Origin: Prasinococcaceae sp. CCMP 1430
Lineage: Eukaryota > Plantae > Prasinodermophyta
Assembly (NCBI GenBank): GCA_013416795.1
Contig: RQSC01000031.1
Coordinates: 75,193 to 139,192, forward strand
Length of the DNA stretch: 64,000 bases
Reading direction: 5' to 3'
Shown piece by piece: positions 9,320 to 20,852 of the stretch (its first letter is position 1; every line of letters begins with the position of its first letter). The notes beneath the pieces were generated by a model, which was not told the DNA's origin, searched no databases, and saw nothing but the letters and a program-made list of their open reading frames with translations. The position numbers and the translations under genes are program-made.

Positions 9320-12306
9320 ATGTCGGCCGCGGAGATGGCCGCGCTCGGCCTCGGGGCGGGCGCCGAGGCTGGGCAGGGCAACGCCGGGCGAGCTGGACTC
9401 GCGCTGCGCAGCCGCGAGGAGGCCGCGAATGACCTCGGCGCAGCAGTCGCCGAGTGGTTGCAGTTCCACGACCTCGGCGACACGCTCAAAGCGCTCGATG
9501 AGGAGGTACGCCGAAAGCCGCTCGAGCACAGCGTAGTGAACCTCGGCGGGGCGCGCGGCGCTGGCTATGGCGACGTCGAGCGCGAGTCGCTGCTCGCCGC
9601 GCTCACGGTGGCCTTCGACGAGGGCCGCTGCGGGCAATTCTTCTCGCTGTGGGCGCGCGGAGTGCCAGCGCACGTGCGCCATCAGAGCCTCGATGCGCAC
9701 CGGGCCGAGTTCTACCTACGAGTGTACTTCGCGGTCTACCCGAGCCATCCGGCCGTGCCCGCGGACAAGCGCGCCGCCGTCTCGGCGGACGGCGCGATGG
9801 GAACGCTCAGGGAGTGGCTCGCCACCACCGGTGCGCACCTCGCAAAGACGTCCGAATTCGTGCCGTACTACGCGCTACCGTACGTGCCCGACGCGGCGTC
9901 CCACCCGGCATTCGCGCGCGTGTTTGAGCCGGCCTTTCCTTCGACGGTGCGCCAGATGGCGTTGGACTTCTTCGCGGCCGCGCCGCTTGTGCTCTCGGCT
10001 CCCAAACTCTACGCGTACTACTCGGCATACTTTGGGCTGGGCCAGGGGGGCGGCGCCGCCGGCCGACCGGCGAGTGCGACCAACGGCGGGAAGCGACATA
10101 CTGCCGCAGCCGCTGCCACTGCGCGCCCTGGCACCGCCTTTCTGGAGGGCCGCGAGGGGCTGGAGGCGTACGCCCCGACAGACGCGGACATCCGCAGCAG
10201 CATCCGCCAGGTCGCGCGAGAGGAAGGCATCGATCCCGCGCTCGTGGACGGACACGATGCCGGCGGCTCGCAGAAGCAAGCCAGCGCCCGCGCGGACCCG
10301 CACGCCCACATGAGACTGAGAACTCGCACGCACGAGGACCGCTCGAGGCCGTCCACCTCGACGCACCGCGGCGCACCGTCCGATGAGGGTGCGGCAGCGA
10401 TGGCAGGCGCGCCCGAGGCGACGCTGCGGCGCTCGATGCCGCGCGCACTCGGCGCCGAGATGGAAGGCGCTGCGGAAGCACAGCATCATCAGCACGAGGT
10501 ATCGCTCGGCGCGCAGCTTCAGGCCGAACTGCAACGGCAGACGCCCGGGCAGGCGACCGCGTCGTTCGGGGCCATGAGCGCGCAGCAGCAGAGCGAAGCG
10601 GTCGTCGACTGTGACGCGACGCGGAAGACGCTGGGGGAGGGCTCAGCAAGGGACGCGTGCGACGTGCTGCAGGCGTTGCGACTCCGCATAGCACGCGCCC
10701 CGCCCGGACGCGCGCGTGCGCGCGCTGCGCTTCCGCTCGCCCTGGGCGACGCGCTGGGCGTCCTCACAGGCGCCTTCTCGCGCGTGGCGGTCGAGCTGCG
10801 CTCGCCGGCCGCCTCCGAGCAGCTCGCGCGCCTCGCAGACCTGCTCGCGGGCGACCCCCAGTGGCGCGCGCTCCTGGCCGATGCGTCTGACGACGCCGCG
10901 ACGTGTGCACTCGCATCGTTGGCTATGGGCGATGCCACATCGCTGGACTTCGCCGTCACGGATGCCACGCGCGCGCACGCTCTCTCGGCACTGCAGCGTG
11001 CGACGCTCTCGCCGCGCGTGGCCTCGGCCGCCGCGCGTGCGGGCGTCGTGCCCTGGACCGCGAGCATGCTGCAGAAGCTTGACGCGTCGGATTCTCCTAT
11101 GGCTGCGCGCTCACTCGAGTACGCCGCATCGCTGCTGATGAACGTGTCGCTCCGCGCCGAGGGCAGGCGCGCAGCCGCCGACGCGCAGGCCGCTGGAGCG
11201 GACGTGCTGGGCGCGCTTGTCGACCACCTCGAGAGCGAGTCTCGCGCGGTGCGCGCGTACGTGAACGGCGCGCTGTACTCGGCGCTCCGGGCACGCGGGG
11301 TCCGTGGGGCGGCGCGCGACATAGGGCTCGGCGAGGTGCTGGCGCTGGTGGCGCAACGGTCAGACGATGTCTTTGCAGCGCAGGTGCGCTGCATTGCGCT
11401 GCGACTGGAGCGGTACGAGGTGGAAGACGCTGAGCACGAAGGTGACGGCGACGTCGGGGAGGATGACGACGACGATGAGGATGACAACGCTGACTACCTG
11501 GTGGAGGCAGAGCTAGCGTCTGAGGATGGCGAGGAGGGCGCGAGCGTGGAGGTGCGTGCGCACACGCGGTCATTGCACGAGGCTTGCGGACCTTTGCGTG
11601 CCCCGTCGCGCATGCATACACCTGACACTGCCTGTGTTCTCGCGCACAAACACAGGCGGAAGTCGACGTAACGGGAGCGGAGCCCGAAGGGCTTGTCGGC
11701 GAGGCGCTGCTCGCCGCGCGCTTCCGCGCGCGCACACCCGCGCGCACTGAGATGGAGGGAGTCATGGCGCCACTGCTGCCGCCTGAGGCGCTCGCCGAGG
11801 GCCTCGATCCAGTTTCTGCCATCCTTGCATCTCTCGATAGGCGGCTGACTTCGGGAGAAGCGCACGAGGGCGGCGCTGGCGGTGTGAGCGCAACGAACGG
11901 CTCCAACCTCGCGAGCGGTGGCGTACGACCGCTGTCAGACACGCAAATTCGCGCCTCGGTGGATCATGCGCTGGCCGCGGCGAGGGCGGCGGCGCCGCTG
12001 GCGAGGCCGGTGACGCCCGCGGGCAGGCACACGCCCGTGCGATCGACAAGGCGGTGGAGTGTAGAACGCGGCACCTTGGTGGACACACCGTACCTCCGCA
12101 CTCCGGCGCCCGAGACCAGTGGGCCCCTATTCTCTCCGTCGACGGGAGGGTACGGCGCCGCTCCCTCGCCCATCGAGTCGCTGGCGATGTCGGACATCAA
12201 GTCGCAAGGCCCTCCGCCGAAGCCTGTGAACATCCCGGAGGGCGCCAGGACGGGCGAGCTCGAGGCCTTCGCGCCGAAGAGCCGCGTCCCGCGCACCCCA
12301 GCCTGA
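9320..12306 (+). CDS. ARMC9: LisH + armadillo-repeat ciliary protein
   Basis: LisH-like VAEWLQFHDLGDTLKALDEE, then EFYLRVYFAVYP, EFVPYYALPYVP, AYVNGALYSAL and an acidic tract. An intron at about 11552-11655 joins in frame to GEALLAARF and the 11752-12306 ORF. Confidence 0.85.
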
Positions 12307-12482
12307 CGTGCGGCGCGCGCGGGGGCTGGCAACAGACTGAAACTGGCGGTCTTAAGAAAGCCATGACGTACAGTACAGCTCGCGACCTGTTGTCCACGGT
12401 GGTTACGTGCATGTCGGGCAGCCGGGGCAGTTCCATCCGTCTAGCCTAAGCCAAAATGCCCGACCCTGAGTAGTCACTACTG

Positions 12483-12515
12483 TAGGGTTAGGGTTTCAGA
12501 GTTAGGGTTAGGGTT
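12483..12515 (+). repeat. Interstitial telomere-like repeat (TTAGGG x4, imperfect)
   Basis: tagggttagggtttcagagttagggttagggtt read directly. Confidence 0.85.
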
Positions 12516-12539
12516 CGTTTCTTGAGAGTTGTCGATTGT

Positions 12540-12619
12540 CCTCGTCCGGCGCGCTCGCCATGTCAGCGCGGCGGCGGCGGTTGGCGGCTGCGCTGACATG
12601 GCGAGCGCGCCGGACGAGG
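12540..12619. repeat. Perfect 30-bp inverted repeat with a 20-nt spacer
   Basis: cctcgtccggcgcgctcgccatgtcagcgc (12540-12569) is the exact reverse complement of 12590-12619. Confidence 0.95.
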
Positions 12620-13867
12620 GTGGTAACGGTGAGGTGGCTCCGCCGGCCGCGCGCGGCGCAGCAGGCGCGCTGCGGCACGCGCGGTGGTCGGAGAGGTGGT
12701 GCCAGGCGGTGCGGGCGCGGACGCGGCCAGTGGCGACAACGCGGAGATAGCCGACTTTCTGGTGAGTTGCCCCGACGCAAAGGGAGTGGTCGCAGCGCTG
12801 GCGCAGGTCATGTTCGGCTTCGGGTGCAACATCGTCAGCTCCGACCAACACACCACCGAAGCTGAGAACGGCGACCCGCCGAGGTTCTACCAAAGACTCC
12901 GCGTCGACCTGCAGGACTTGCATCAGGGGTCAGACCGCACGGCCCTGCGCGCGGCTGTTGCGGCCACGGCTGCCCACTTCGATATGGAATGGAGCATGCA
13001 CGAGGCCAACAAGCGCAAGCGCGTCGCCGTGCTGGTCAGCAAGAGCTCGCACTGTTTGTACGACCTGCTCATCCGGCACGAACAGGGGCAGCTTGACTGC
13101 GACATCGTGCTGGTGGCCGGCAACCACGTGCAGCCGGGCCGCGACATCGCCGAGCGCTTCGGCGTGCCCTTTCACCACCTGCCCATAGATGCAGCGGCGC
13201 ACGGCGGCGATGTTGCCGCAGCGAAGGCCGCACAGGAGACCGACATGCGTGAGCTTCTCCGGGCGGCCGGCACAGACATCCTCGTTCTTGCCAGATACAT
13301 GCAGGTTCTCTCAGACGACTTCTGCGAGGTAAGGGACCTGCACTTTTTGCGCGCGGGGGAGTCGTGTGTGTGTGGTGGTGCGGCACAAGATAGGTGCACG
13401 CGCGTGCTGACTGGCGTGCTTTGTGCGCGCACGTGCACTCAGGAGTGGTGTGGGCGGGCGATCAACATCCACCACAGCTTCCTGCCAGCCTTTGAAGGGG
13501 CGCGGCCGTACCACCGAGCACATGCACGTGGCGTCAAGCTCATCGGTGCCACCGCGCACTTTGTGACGACGAATCTTGATGAGGGTCCTATCGTTTGTCA
13601 GGAGGTCACGCGCGTTTCGCACAGCGACAGCGTGAACGACCTCAAGCGCAAGGGCGCCGACCTCGAGCGCGTCACGCTCGCGCGCGCGCTTCGGCTCCAC
13701 CTGCAGAACGTACGTGATCACCGCGCGCGCAGACATCACGCAGCACGTCCCTTCGCTCTCTCAGCTCGAGTCTTGCGTGCGCCCCCCCCGCTGACACGAC
13801 TGGCCGCGCTGCCTCTCACCAGCGCGTGTTGCTTCACGGGAACAAAACAATTGTCTACGACGAGTAA
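12598..13867 (+). CDS. purU: Formyltetrahydrofolate deformylase
   Basis: ACT-like SCPDAKGVVA...GCNIVSSDQH, then VLVSKSSHCLYDLL, LVLARYMQVLS, INIHHSFLPAFEGARPYHRAHARGVKLIGATAH. Introns at about 13330-13442 and 13711-13822; a first intron at 12634-12695 is inferred to fix the frame. Confidence 0.92.
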
Positions 13868-14068
13868 GAAACGTTGGGGGAAAAGTGCGCTTGCGTGCTC
13901 GATCGCTCGTCTCCGCGTGCCTGCGCGGTGCGGGCGCCGCCCCACTCCACACGCGCGGCGCGCCGCGCGCCGCGCGCCACGCGGGCGCGGCGGCGCGGAG
14001 GAGGCAGAGAGAGTGGGGCTCAGCGAGCGACGCGACGAGTGGGGGAGAGAGGGAAGGGCGAGAGAAGC

Positions 14069-16216
14069 ATGCCGCCGCGCCGCCGCGCGCGCCCGCTCTC
14101 GCTCGCCGAGTTTCACGCCGTCACGCCGACGCGCACGCAGCCGTCGGGGATCATCAGAGCGGCGTCCGCGCCGGCGACTGCATCAGCGGCGGTCGAGCGC
14201 GTCGAGGCCGCACTCGCGCGCGCGCAGCCGCACGCGTACACGCCGCCACCGCGGCGGCCGCGGCGGCAGGATGGGCACCAGCTGCAGGAGCAGACCGGCG
14301 AGCAGCAGCCCGCACCCGCGCACAGCCGCAACAGCTCGTTGGGCGGCGGCAGCGAGCTCGTGTCGAGGGAGGCCGTCGTGTTGCGCGTCTTCTCGCATGC
14401 GGAGCGCGAGGGGGGTGGCAGCGAGCGCTGGCGGTGGCGTGTCGGCGTAGAGCTTTCCGACGGCGGCCCAACACTCATGCGGGGTGGAGGCATACCCGCG
14501 CACACGCTTGAGTGGCTCGTGCGCGCCGTGCGCTTCGAATTTGGTGCGGTGCGGGACGGCGGCGCCGAGCTGTCATCGCCGAGCGTGCGCACTGCCCCGC
14601 CGTACGAGGTGACCTTCGTGAGCGGCTCAATGCCCGATGCCATGGTATCCATCGAGTGGAAACGCGCCCTCCGCAAGCGCCCGCTCGCACACGAGCTGAG
14701 CGTCGCCGAGGGCACTGCCGAGAGGTCTGTGCTTGTGCACTTCGATGCCGCGCGCCTCGAGCGCCTCGTCGCGTTGCGCGAGGAGGCCGAGGAGGACGAG
14801 CTCCAGCGCGCGGCTGAGGCGCACGCGCGGCATCGCCGCGAACGCGAGGCGCAACACAGGGAAGCGGCGCGCCAGCTGCCAGCCGGCCTTGAGCTCACTC
14901 GCTATCGCGAGTGGTCGCCGGATGAGTGCGCCACATGGGTGCGCTCGGAGGGCTTCGGGGAGTACGCGGCTGCCTTCGCCGACGAGGGCGTCGATGGCGC
15001 CATGCTCTCGAGGCTCAGCGACGGCGCGCTCGCCGAAATGGGCATCGGCAGCGAATTGGCGCGCCTGAAACTGCTGCGCGCCATCGAGAGGATCGAGGAC
15101 GTGCAGCAAGGCGCGGCCGCGGCGAATGGCAGCGGCGTGAGCGGGGTTGCAGAGGCGCATTCGCTCAATGCGTCCAATGGCGCGGGCGGAGGCATCGACG
15201 GTGACGGCGGCCACATGGGCCGCGTCAAGAGCTTTGAATGGGGCAAGAACGCGAGCGGCCTGCGCGTGCGTCAAAACTGGGAAATCAACATGTCCGAGAT
15301 AGACTTCGGCCCTGACGGGCCCAAGCGCGTGGGCATCGGATCGTATGGCGAAATTTTCAGGGGGCATTGGCAGGGATTGCCTGTTGCGTGCAAGGTGCTT
15401 CTCGACCAGGACTTATCCGACGACCTCATGGACGACTTTCAGCACGAAGTGGAGCTGTGCTCGAGCTTGCGCCACCCAAACATAGCCTTATGGCTCGGCG
15501 CCTGCACGCAGCCTGGAAGGATGGCAATCGTCATGGAGCTCTACCCGACGTCTTTGAGTCACTACCTGCACAAAAGCAACATCGGCAAGAACGCCTCCCT
15601 GTCGCGTGTGCTGGCCATTGCGGAAGGGATTTGCAGAGGCATGGTGTACCTGCACACACCGTCCGCGGCATCCGCTCGCTCGGGGGGCGACGGCAGCGAG
15701 GACGGGAAAAGCGAGGGTGAGCGCGGCGAAGGCGGCAAGCTGACGCCTGCAGTCATACACAGGGACCTGAACCCGAAGAATGTGCTCCTCGACTCAGCGG
15801 GTCGCCCGAGAATAACTGACTTCGGCTTGTCAAGACTGAAGACAGCATCTAAAATGTCTACGCGCGGCTGCGCGGGCACGCCGCAATACACGAGCCCAGA
15901 GGTGTTCAAGGGCATCTACACCGAGAAGGCGGACTCGTACTCGTTCGGTGTGACGCTGTGGGAGCTCGTGACGAGGCAGATGCCGTTCTCGGCTCAGGGG
16001 TTTGGCGCCATGCAGATCGTCGCGATGTGCGTGTCTGAGAATCACTTCGCCAGAACGCATCTCATGCCACTCTTGCCAGCCGAGACACCCACGGCGGTGC
16101 GCGGCGCCATCGAGTCGTGCCTGGCGCAGGACCCGCACGACCGCCCGGACTTCGACGCGCTGCTGAGCATTATGGTTCTCGCCGTCAAGCAGGCGAGGGA
16201 GGCCGAGAGGTCGTGA
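14069..16216 (+). CDS. SAM-domain Raf-like/TKL protein kinase
   Basis: SAM domain WSPDECATWVRSEGFGEYAAAFADEGVDGAML..L..MGI; kinase motifs GIGSYGEIF, VACK, HRDLNPKN, ITDFG, GTPQYTSPE, DSYSFGVTLWEL. Confidence 0.9.
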   Translation: MPPRRRARPLSLAEFHAVTPTRTQPSGIIRAASAPATASAAVERVEAALARAQPHAYTPPPRRPRRQDGHQLQEQTGEQQPAPAHSRNSSLGGGSELVSREAVVLRVFSHAEREGGGSERWRWRVGVELSDGGPTLMRGGGIPAHTLEWLVRAVRFEFGAVRDGGAELSSPSVRTAPPYEVTFVSGSMPDAMVSIEWKRALRKRPLAHELSVAEGTAERSVLVHFDAARLERLVALREEAEEDELQRAAEAHARHRREREAQHREAARQLPAGLELTRYREWSPDECATWVRSEGFGEYAAAFADEGVDGAMLSRLSDGALAEMGIGSELARLKLLRAIERIEDVQQGAAAANGSGVSGVAEAHSLNASNGAGGGIDGDGGHMGRVKSFEWGKNASGLRVRQNWEINMSEIDFGPDGPKRVGIGSYGEIFRGHWQGLPVACKVLLDQDLSDDLMDDFQHEVELCSSLRHPNIALWLGACTQPGRMAIVMELYPTSLSHYLHKSNIGKNASLSRVLAIAEGICRGMVYLHTPSAASARSGGDGSEDGKSEGERGEGGKLTPAVIHRDLNPKNVLLDSAGRPRITDFGLSRLKTASKMSTRGCAGTPQYTSPEVFKGIYTEKADSYSFGVTLWELVTRQMPFSAQGFGAMQIVAMCVSENHFARTHLMPLLPAETPTAVRGAIESCLAQDPHDRPDFDALLSIMVLAVKQAREAERS

Positions 16217-16807
16217 TGCCATGCCCGCATTCGCATGTACAATAAGTGCCGAGGCGGGGCCGCTGCGCCGAGCGCTATCGAGGGGTAGCAGCACGGCTTG
16301 CAGCGTGGGCCGGCGTGTGCGACCAGTCTGGATGGTGGCGTCGCCGCTCCGAGAGAGGCGGCGCTGCGTGTATGCTGTAGCACTTTTAATAACAGCGTGT
16401 ATGTGATACAGTAGCCGTGATGCATGGTCGGCGGGGAGGTCGAAAGGCGTCTCCTCGACGGGGCGATGGGTGCGCTTCCGATGGGCGCGTTTTCCCCCCA
16501 CACCTTTGTGTTTAAATACGAGCGCCAAGAGCTGATACGGGGGAAAAAGCACGTCAAAATGCACCCGATGGCGCGGCGGGTATCCCCCCCTTCTTTTTTT
16601 TTTTTTGTGCGCGCGGGCGCTACCAGCGCGCGCCCGTGGTGCGCGCGCGCCGCCAACGCCCACACAGCGCGCGGCGGCGGCGCTCGCGGCTGGGGCGGGA
16701 GCACCCGCGAGGCACCCGCGAGCTCGGCCACCTGCGAGGGTTGAGCTTCGAGGGAGCCGCGACTGGGGCCGCGCGGAGGAGGGGTGGGGAGAAAGGGCCG
16801 CCGCACG

Positions 16808-18208
16808 ATGGAGGCGCGCGGCTACGAGCAGACGAACCCGTTCGCGCCGCGGGCGGCAGCGGCGGCCGCGAGCGGCGGCGGGCCGGCCCGGCAGGCGGCG
16901 GGTGGTGCCGAGCACGCGATTGGCGGTGGTGGCATGTACAGCAGCATGAGTAGCAGCGCTAGCTCGTTCGTGAGCGCCGGCGGCGATGAGAGCGCTACGG
17001 AGAGAGGGGTGCCTGCAGAGGGCCGAGGGGGTGTGACCCTCTTTTCTTCAGGCCTCAACAGCCCTCAGATCCCCGTCCCCGCCCCTCCGCAGCATGACGA
17101 GGAGTACGGAGAGAACGGTGCACCGCCACAGACAGGCTTTGCGCTGCTGGACCGCTCCATCGCCATGGAAGAGGTGGAAGTGCTGCGCGCGCTATGGGAG
17201 CGGACCTGCCTGGAGCTCTCCGCTGCGCGCGCCGAGGCGGCCAAGCTGCGCGACGAGCGCGCTGAGCTCATCGAAGTTCTCGCCCTCGAAAATGACCTCC
17301 TCGAAGCGCGACTGGACAGCGCTCTGGCCGCGGCAGAGAGAGCGGAAGCCGAGAGGCTCAAGGCGCTCGCCAGGGCGGACGTGTCGTCACGCGTCGCTGG
17401 GCCACTACCGTCGACGCCCGCGCAACCGGTGCAGCAGCCGGCGCTTGCCGCGCGACCCGCCTCCCCTGCCCCGATGCCCACGTCTGTGCGGCAAGCGCCG
17501 GCAAGCCTACGGTCGTTCATGCAGCGCGCATGCGCGAGTGGCGTGGTGTCCGGTGGACTCGCGGCGGCAGCGGCAGGCGAGGTCGCCGCCCTACAGCATC
17601 GCGCGAAGGTGCTTGAAGGCGCAAACAAGGGGCTTTCCGAACAGGCCCAGTCAGCACAGGGGTTGGCCCAGCGCTTGCATCAGCAGCTGATGCAGGCTCA
17701 GGGGGCTCTGCAGCATATGCAAAGAGAGCAGCAGCGCGCGCCCCTCACGCCAGAGTCGCACTACTCCACCCCGCCAGAGCGCGCACCACCTGCGCATCAC
17801 GCGGAGGCAGCGCACCACGAGCGCGCTCGCGCACTCGAGAGTCACTCGGTTTCGACGCTGCTGACGTCTCTCGACAACTCGAATGATCCCGCGAGGCGTC
17901 GTGCCGTGTCGGCAGGGACAGCGGTGCAAGTGCCGCCGAAGCAGCCATCGCTCGCTGAGATCCGGGCCCGCCAAAATGTCCAGCTGCTCACGGGGGGTGC
18001 GGCACAGTGTGAGGAGGAGCGGCAGTCCAGCAAGGCGGGGAGAAAGGCGACAGTGAAGGCACTGAACGCGAGTCTCGAAGACCTGCCTCTCGCGGCGGGC
18101 GAACCGGCCACCTACGACGACGCCGCCGTGCAGGGGGAGCAGCTGCTGTCGCGCGGCGGCGGCGAAGAAGCGAAGAGGAAGAGGCGCTGGGGGTTGTTCA
18201 AGAAGTGA
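16808..18208 (+). CDS. Uncharacterised coiled-coil protein
   Basis: About 466-aa ORF with heptad-like stretches (ELSAARAEAAKLRDERAELIE; LSEQAQSAQGLAQRLHQQL), an N-terminal NPF motif and a basic C-terminus; no family recognised. Confidence 0.7.
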   Translation: MEARGYEQTNPFAPRAAAAAASGGGPARQAAGGAEHAIGGGGMYSSMSSSASSFVSAGGDESATERGVPAEGRGGVTLFSSGLNSPQIPVPAPPQHDEEYGENGAPPQTGFALLDRSIAMEEVEVLRALWERTCLELSAARAEAAKLRDERAELIEVLALENDLLEARLDSALAAAERAEAERLKALARADVSSRVAGPLPSTPAQPVQQPALAARPASPAPMPTSVRQAPASLRSFMQRACASGVVSGGLAAAAAGEVAALQHRAKVLEGANKGLSEQAQSAQGLAQRLHQQLMQAQGALQHMQREQQRAPLTPESHYSTPPERAPPAHHAEAAHHERARALESHSVSTLLTSLDNSNDPARRRAVSAGTAVQVPPKQPSLAEIRARQNVQLLTGGAAQCEEERQSSKAGRKATVKALNASLEDLPLAAGEPATYDDAAVQGEQLLSRGGGEEAKRKRRWGLFKK

Positions 18209-18543
18209 GCCCGGAAGTACACAACTGTGCGGGTACGTTCAGGTTAGTACTAGTAACGACAATTGATCATACCGTATTAGGGTCGCGTTACTAGGGTTCA
18301 TTTCTGGCATTCGCATTCGCATTCGGATCGGGTGGTGCGCCGACAGCGCGCCACGCGCGCGGCGCCAATACCAGAATTTCCTGCGCCGCAGGCATCCCCA
18401 GCGCCACATGCGGCATCTGCGCCCGCGCGAGCGCGCGAGCGCAGCGCATGCGCTCGCCGGCGCGCCCGGCCCCAAGGCCATGCAGTGGACGCGCGCTGAC
18501 CAGTCGCCACCGCTCGCCCTGTCCTCCCCCCCCACACACGCAG

Positions 18544-19640
18544 GCGGCCTGGTTGCGCAGATGCGCGAGGGCGACAAGAAACACACGGAGGGCGACATGG
18601 AGGTGGTGCTCGCCGACTCCTACGGCTTCTGCTGGGGCGTCGAGCGCGCCGTGCAGATGGCGTACGAGGCGCGCCGCAAGTTTCCCGAGGAGCGACTCCA
18701 CATCACGAACGAGATCATCCACAACCCCAGCGTGAACGGCCGCCTGTCCGAGATGGGCGTCAACTTCATCGAGGAAACGGAGGAGGGCAAGGACTTCTCC
18801 GGCGTCGAGGCCGGTGACGTGGTCATCCTGCCGGCGTTCGGCGCGAGCGTCGACGAGATGAAGCTGATGGACGAGCGCGGGGCCAACATCGTCGACACCA
18901 CCTGCCCGTGGGTGAGCAAGGTGTGGAACGCTGTCGGCAGGCATGAGAAGAAGAACTTCACCTCGGTGGTGCACGGCAAGTGGCAGCACGAGGAGACCAT
19001 CGCGACCGCGTCGTTTGCCGGCACGTACCTCATCGTGAAGAACGAGGACGAGGCGCAGTACGTCATCGACTACATGCACAACGGCGGCGACAAGGCCGAG
19101 TTCCTGGAGAAGTTCAAGAACGCCATGTCCGAGGGATTCGACCCGGACACCGACCTAGAGAAGGTGGGCATCGCCAACCAGACCACCATGCTCAAGGGCG
19201 AGACCCAGCGCCTTGGCAAGATGTTCGAGAAGGCGATGATGACCAAGTTTGGGCCGGAGAACCTCAACGAGCACTTCATGCTGTTGGACACCATCTGCGA
19301 CGCCACGCAGGAGCGCCAGGACGCGATGTACGACCTCGTCAAGGAGGACGTGGACATGATGATCGTGGTCGGCGGCTTCAACTCCTCCAACACGTCGCAC
19401 CTGCAGGAGATCGCCGAGCACGCCAACATCAAGTCTTTCTGGGTCGACCAGGCCGGTCGCATCGACGTCGAGAACAACAGCCTCGACCACCGTACCTCGT
19501 GGGGCGAGCTGCAGAGCACCAAGGACTGGCTCAAGCCCGGGCCGCTCAAGGTGGGAGTCACCTCCGGGGCATCCACTCCTGACAAGGTCGTCGAGGACGT
19601 CCTGGATGCCATGTTCCAGATCAAGGCCGCCACGGCCTAA
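18544..19640 (+). CDS. ispH: 4-hydroxy-3-methylbut-2-enyl diphosphate reductase (plant/cyanobacterial type); upstream exon(s) not found
   Basis: YGFCWGVERAV, NEIIHNP, VDTTCPWV, ANQTTM, TICDATQERQ, VGGFNSSNT and VTSGASTPD motifs. The exon begins after a CAG acceptor at 18543. Confidence 0.95.
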
Positions 19641-20009
19641 GCCTCTCGCGGCCCGGCGCGCTATTGCGAGCCCGCTGGTCAAGCGTCACCGCCGGCCCGA
19701 ATGAAGGAGAGCGCGTCCAGGCGACCACGCGGCGGACTCGGCTACGGCGACGCGTCGATGGCGCCTGCCTCTGTAACATCTTTACCTTTTTCCCCCGACG
19801 TGGATTCACAGGCGCTTGCTTCGCCATCGCTTGTGCCTCCGGCTGGAAGCAAAGCCTTCCATCTCACGGCCGCGCCACGGGCTTGTGCGAAATGCGCGGC
19901 TCTCTGAGACGACGCGGAAGGCCTCATGTGTCTCAGCTGGGTTGACACGCCGTCAGTCGTCCGGTGCATGTCTCACCGCCCTTTCCTCGTGACGCGCTCA
20001 AGCATTCTC

Positions 20010-20413
20010 TCACTTGTCGAAGAGCGCGTGCTTGACGGCGTCGCCCATCTGCCGCTTGGTCTTGCCCCAGCCAGTGTGCGCGTCGACGGCCTTGGCGGCT
20101 GCGTCCGACCGCAGGTCGCAGTCAGCGATGCGCTGCTCGTAGGAGGCGAGCCTGCCCTCGAGCTCCTCCAGCGAGCTTTTCGCGAAGAACCTATGGAGGC
20201 GCGCGCCGCCGAGACAGGTCAGCCAGGTCGTCTACGCATTACTGCTCAAGCACGCGTGGCCGCGAGCGGCACTTAGGCGGCCACATACATCTTGTAGGTC
20301 ACGAGGCCCAGGCCGCAGGCCAGCGTGAAGTTGAGGAACGTCGAGCGCATGAGGCGCTGGTTCGCTGCCGCGAGCGCCTCCTGCAGAGCCTTTACGTCCT
20401 CGCCTGCCACCAT
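20010..20413 (-). CDS. Small (101 aa) two-exon single-pass membrane protein, unknown family
   Basis: Exon 20413-20289 (MVAGEDVKALQEALAAANQRLMRSTFLNFTLACGLGLVTYK), a GTATGT..CTGAC..TAG intron 20288-20191, then exon 20190-20010 (FFAKSSLEELEGRLASYEQRI...ALFDK*). Frame is restored across the junction and GC3 is high. Confidence 0.75.
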
Positions 20414-20852
20414 GCGCCCCCTCAACCCCTCGTTTCAACGCTGTCCAACACTTGCGTCCTGCCGTGCCCGCTGCCTTCGCCGCCTCGTTGGCACACCCGC
20501 AGCTTCGGGCGGGCCAGTCGCAGTGGCGGCGCCGCGCACTGCGGACGTCCACCCCCGCGACGAGGAGCTTTCCGGAACCACCACGACCAACCCGTCGCCT
20601 GCCTGCCCGCGCGGCGCCCGTGCGCGCCCACGCGGGCCGCGGTCGCCCGCCCCCCGCCGCGGGCGCGCTCTGTGCCAGGGCGCCCAGCCGCGCAGCTCTG
20701 CAGAGCGCTGCAGATGAGGTGCCGTTTCACTACGGTTCTAGCATCTCGGCGCGACTTGTTCCCGATGCGGCCGCCACACAGCGCCCGCCCCGCGGCGCGG
20801 CGGCGGGCGCGGCGGCGGCTGCCGCGGCGCTGTACGCAGCGCAGCGCGAGCC

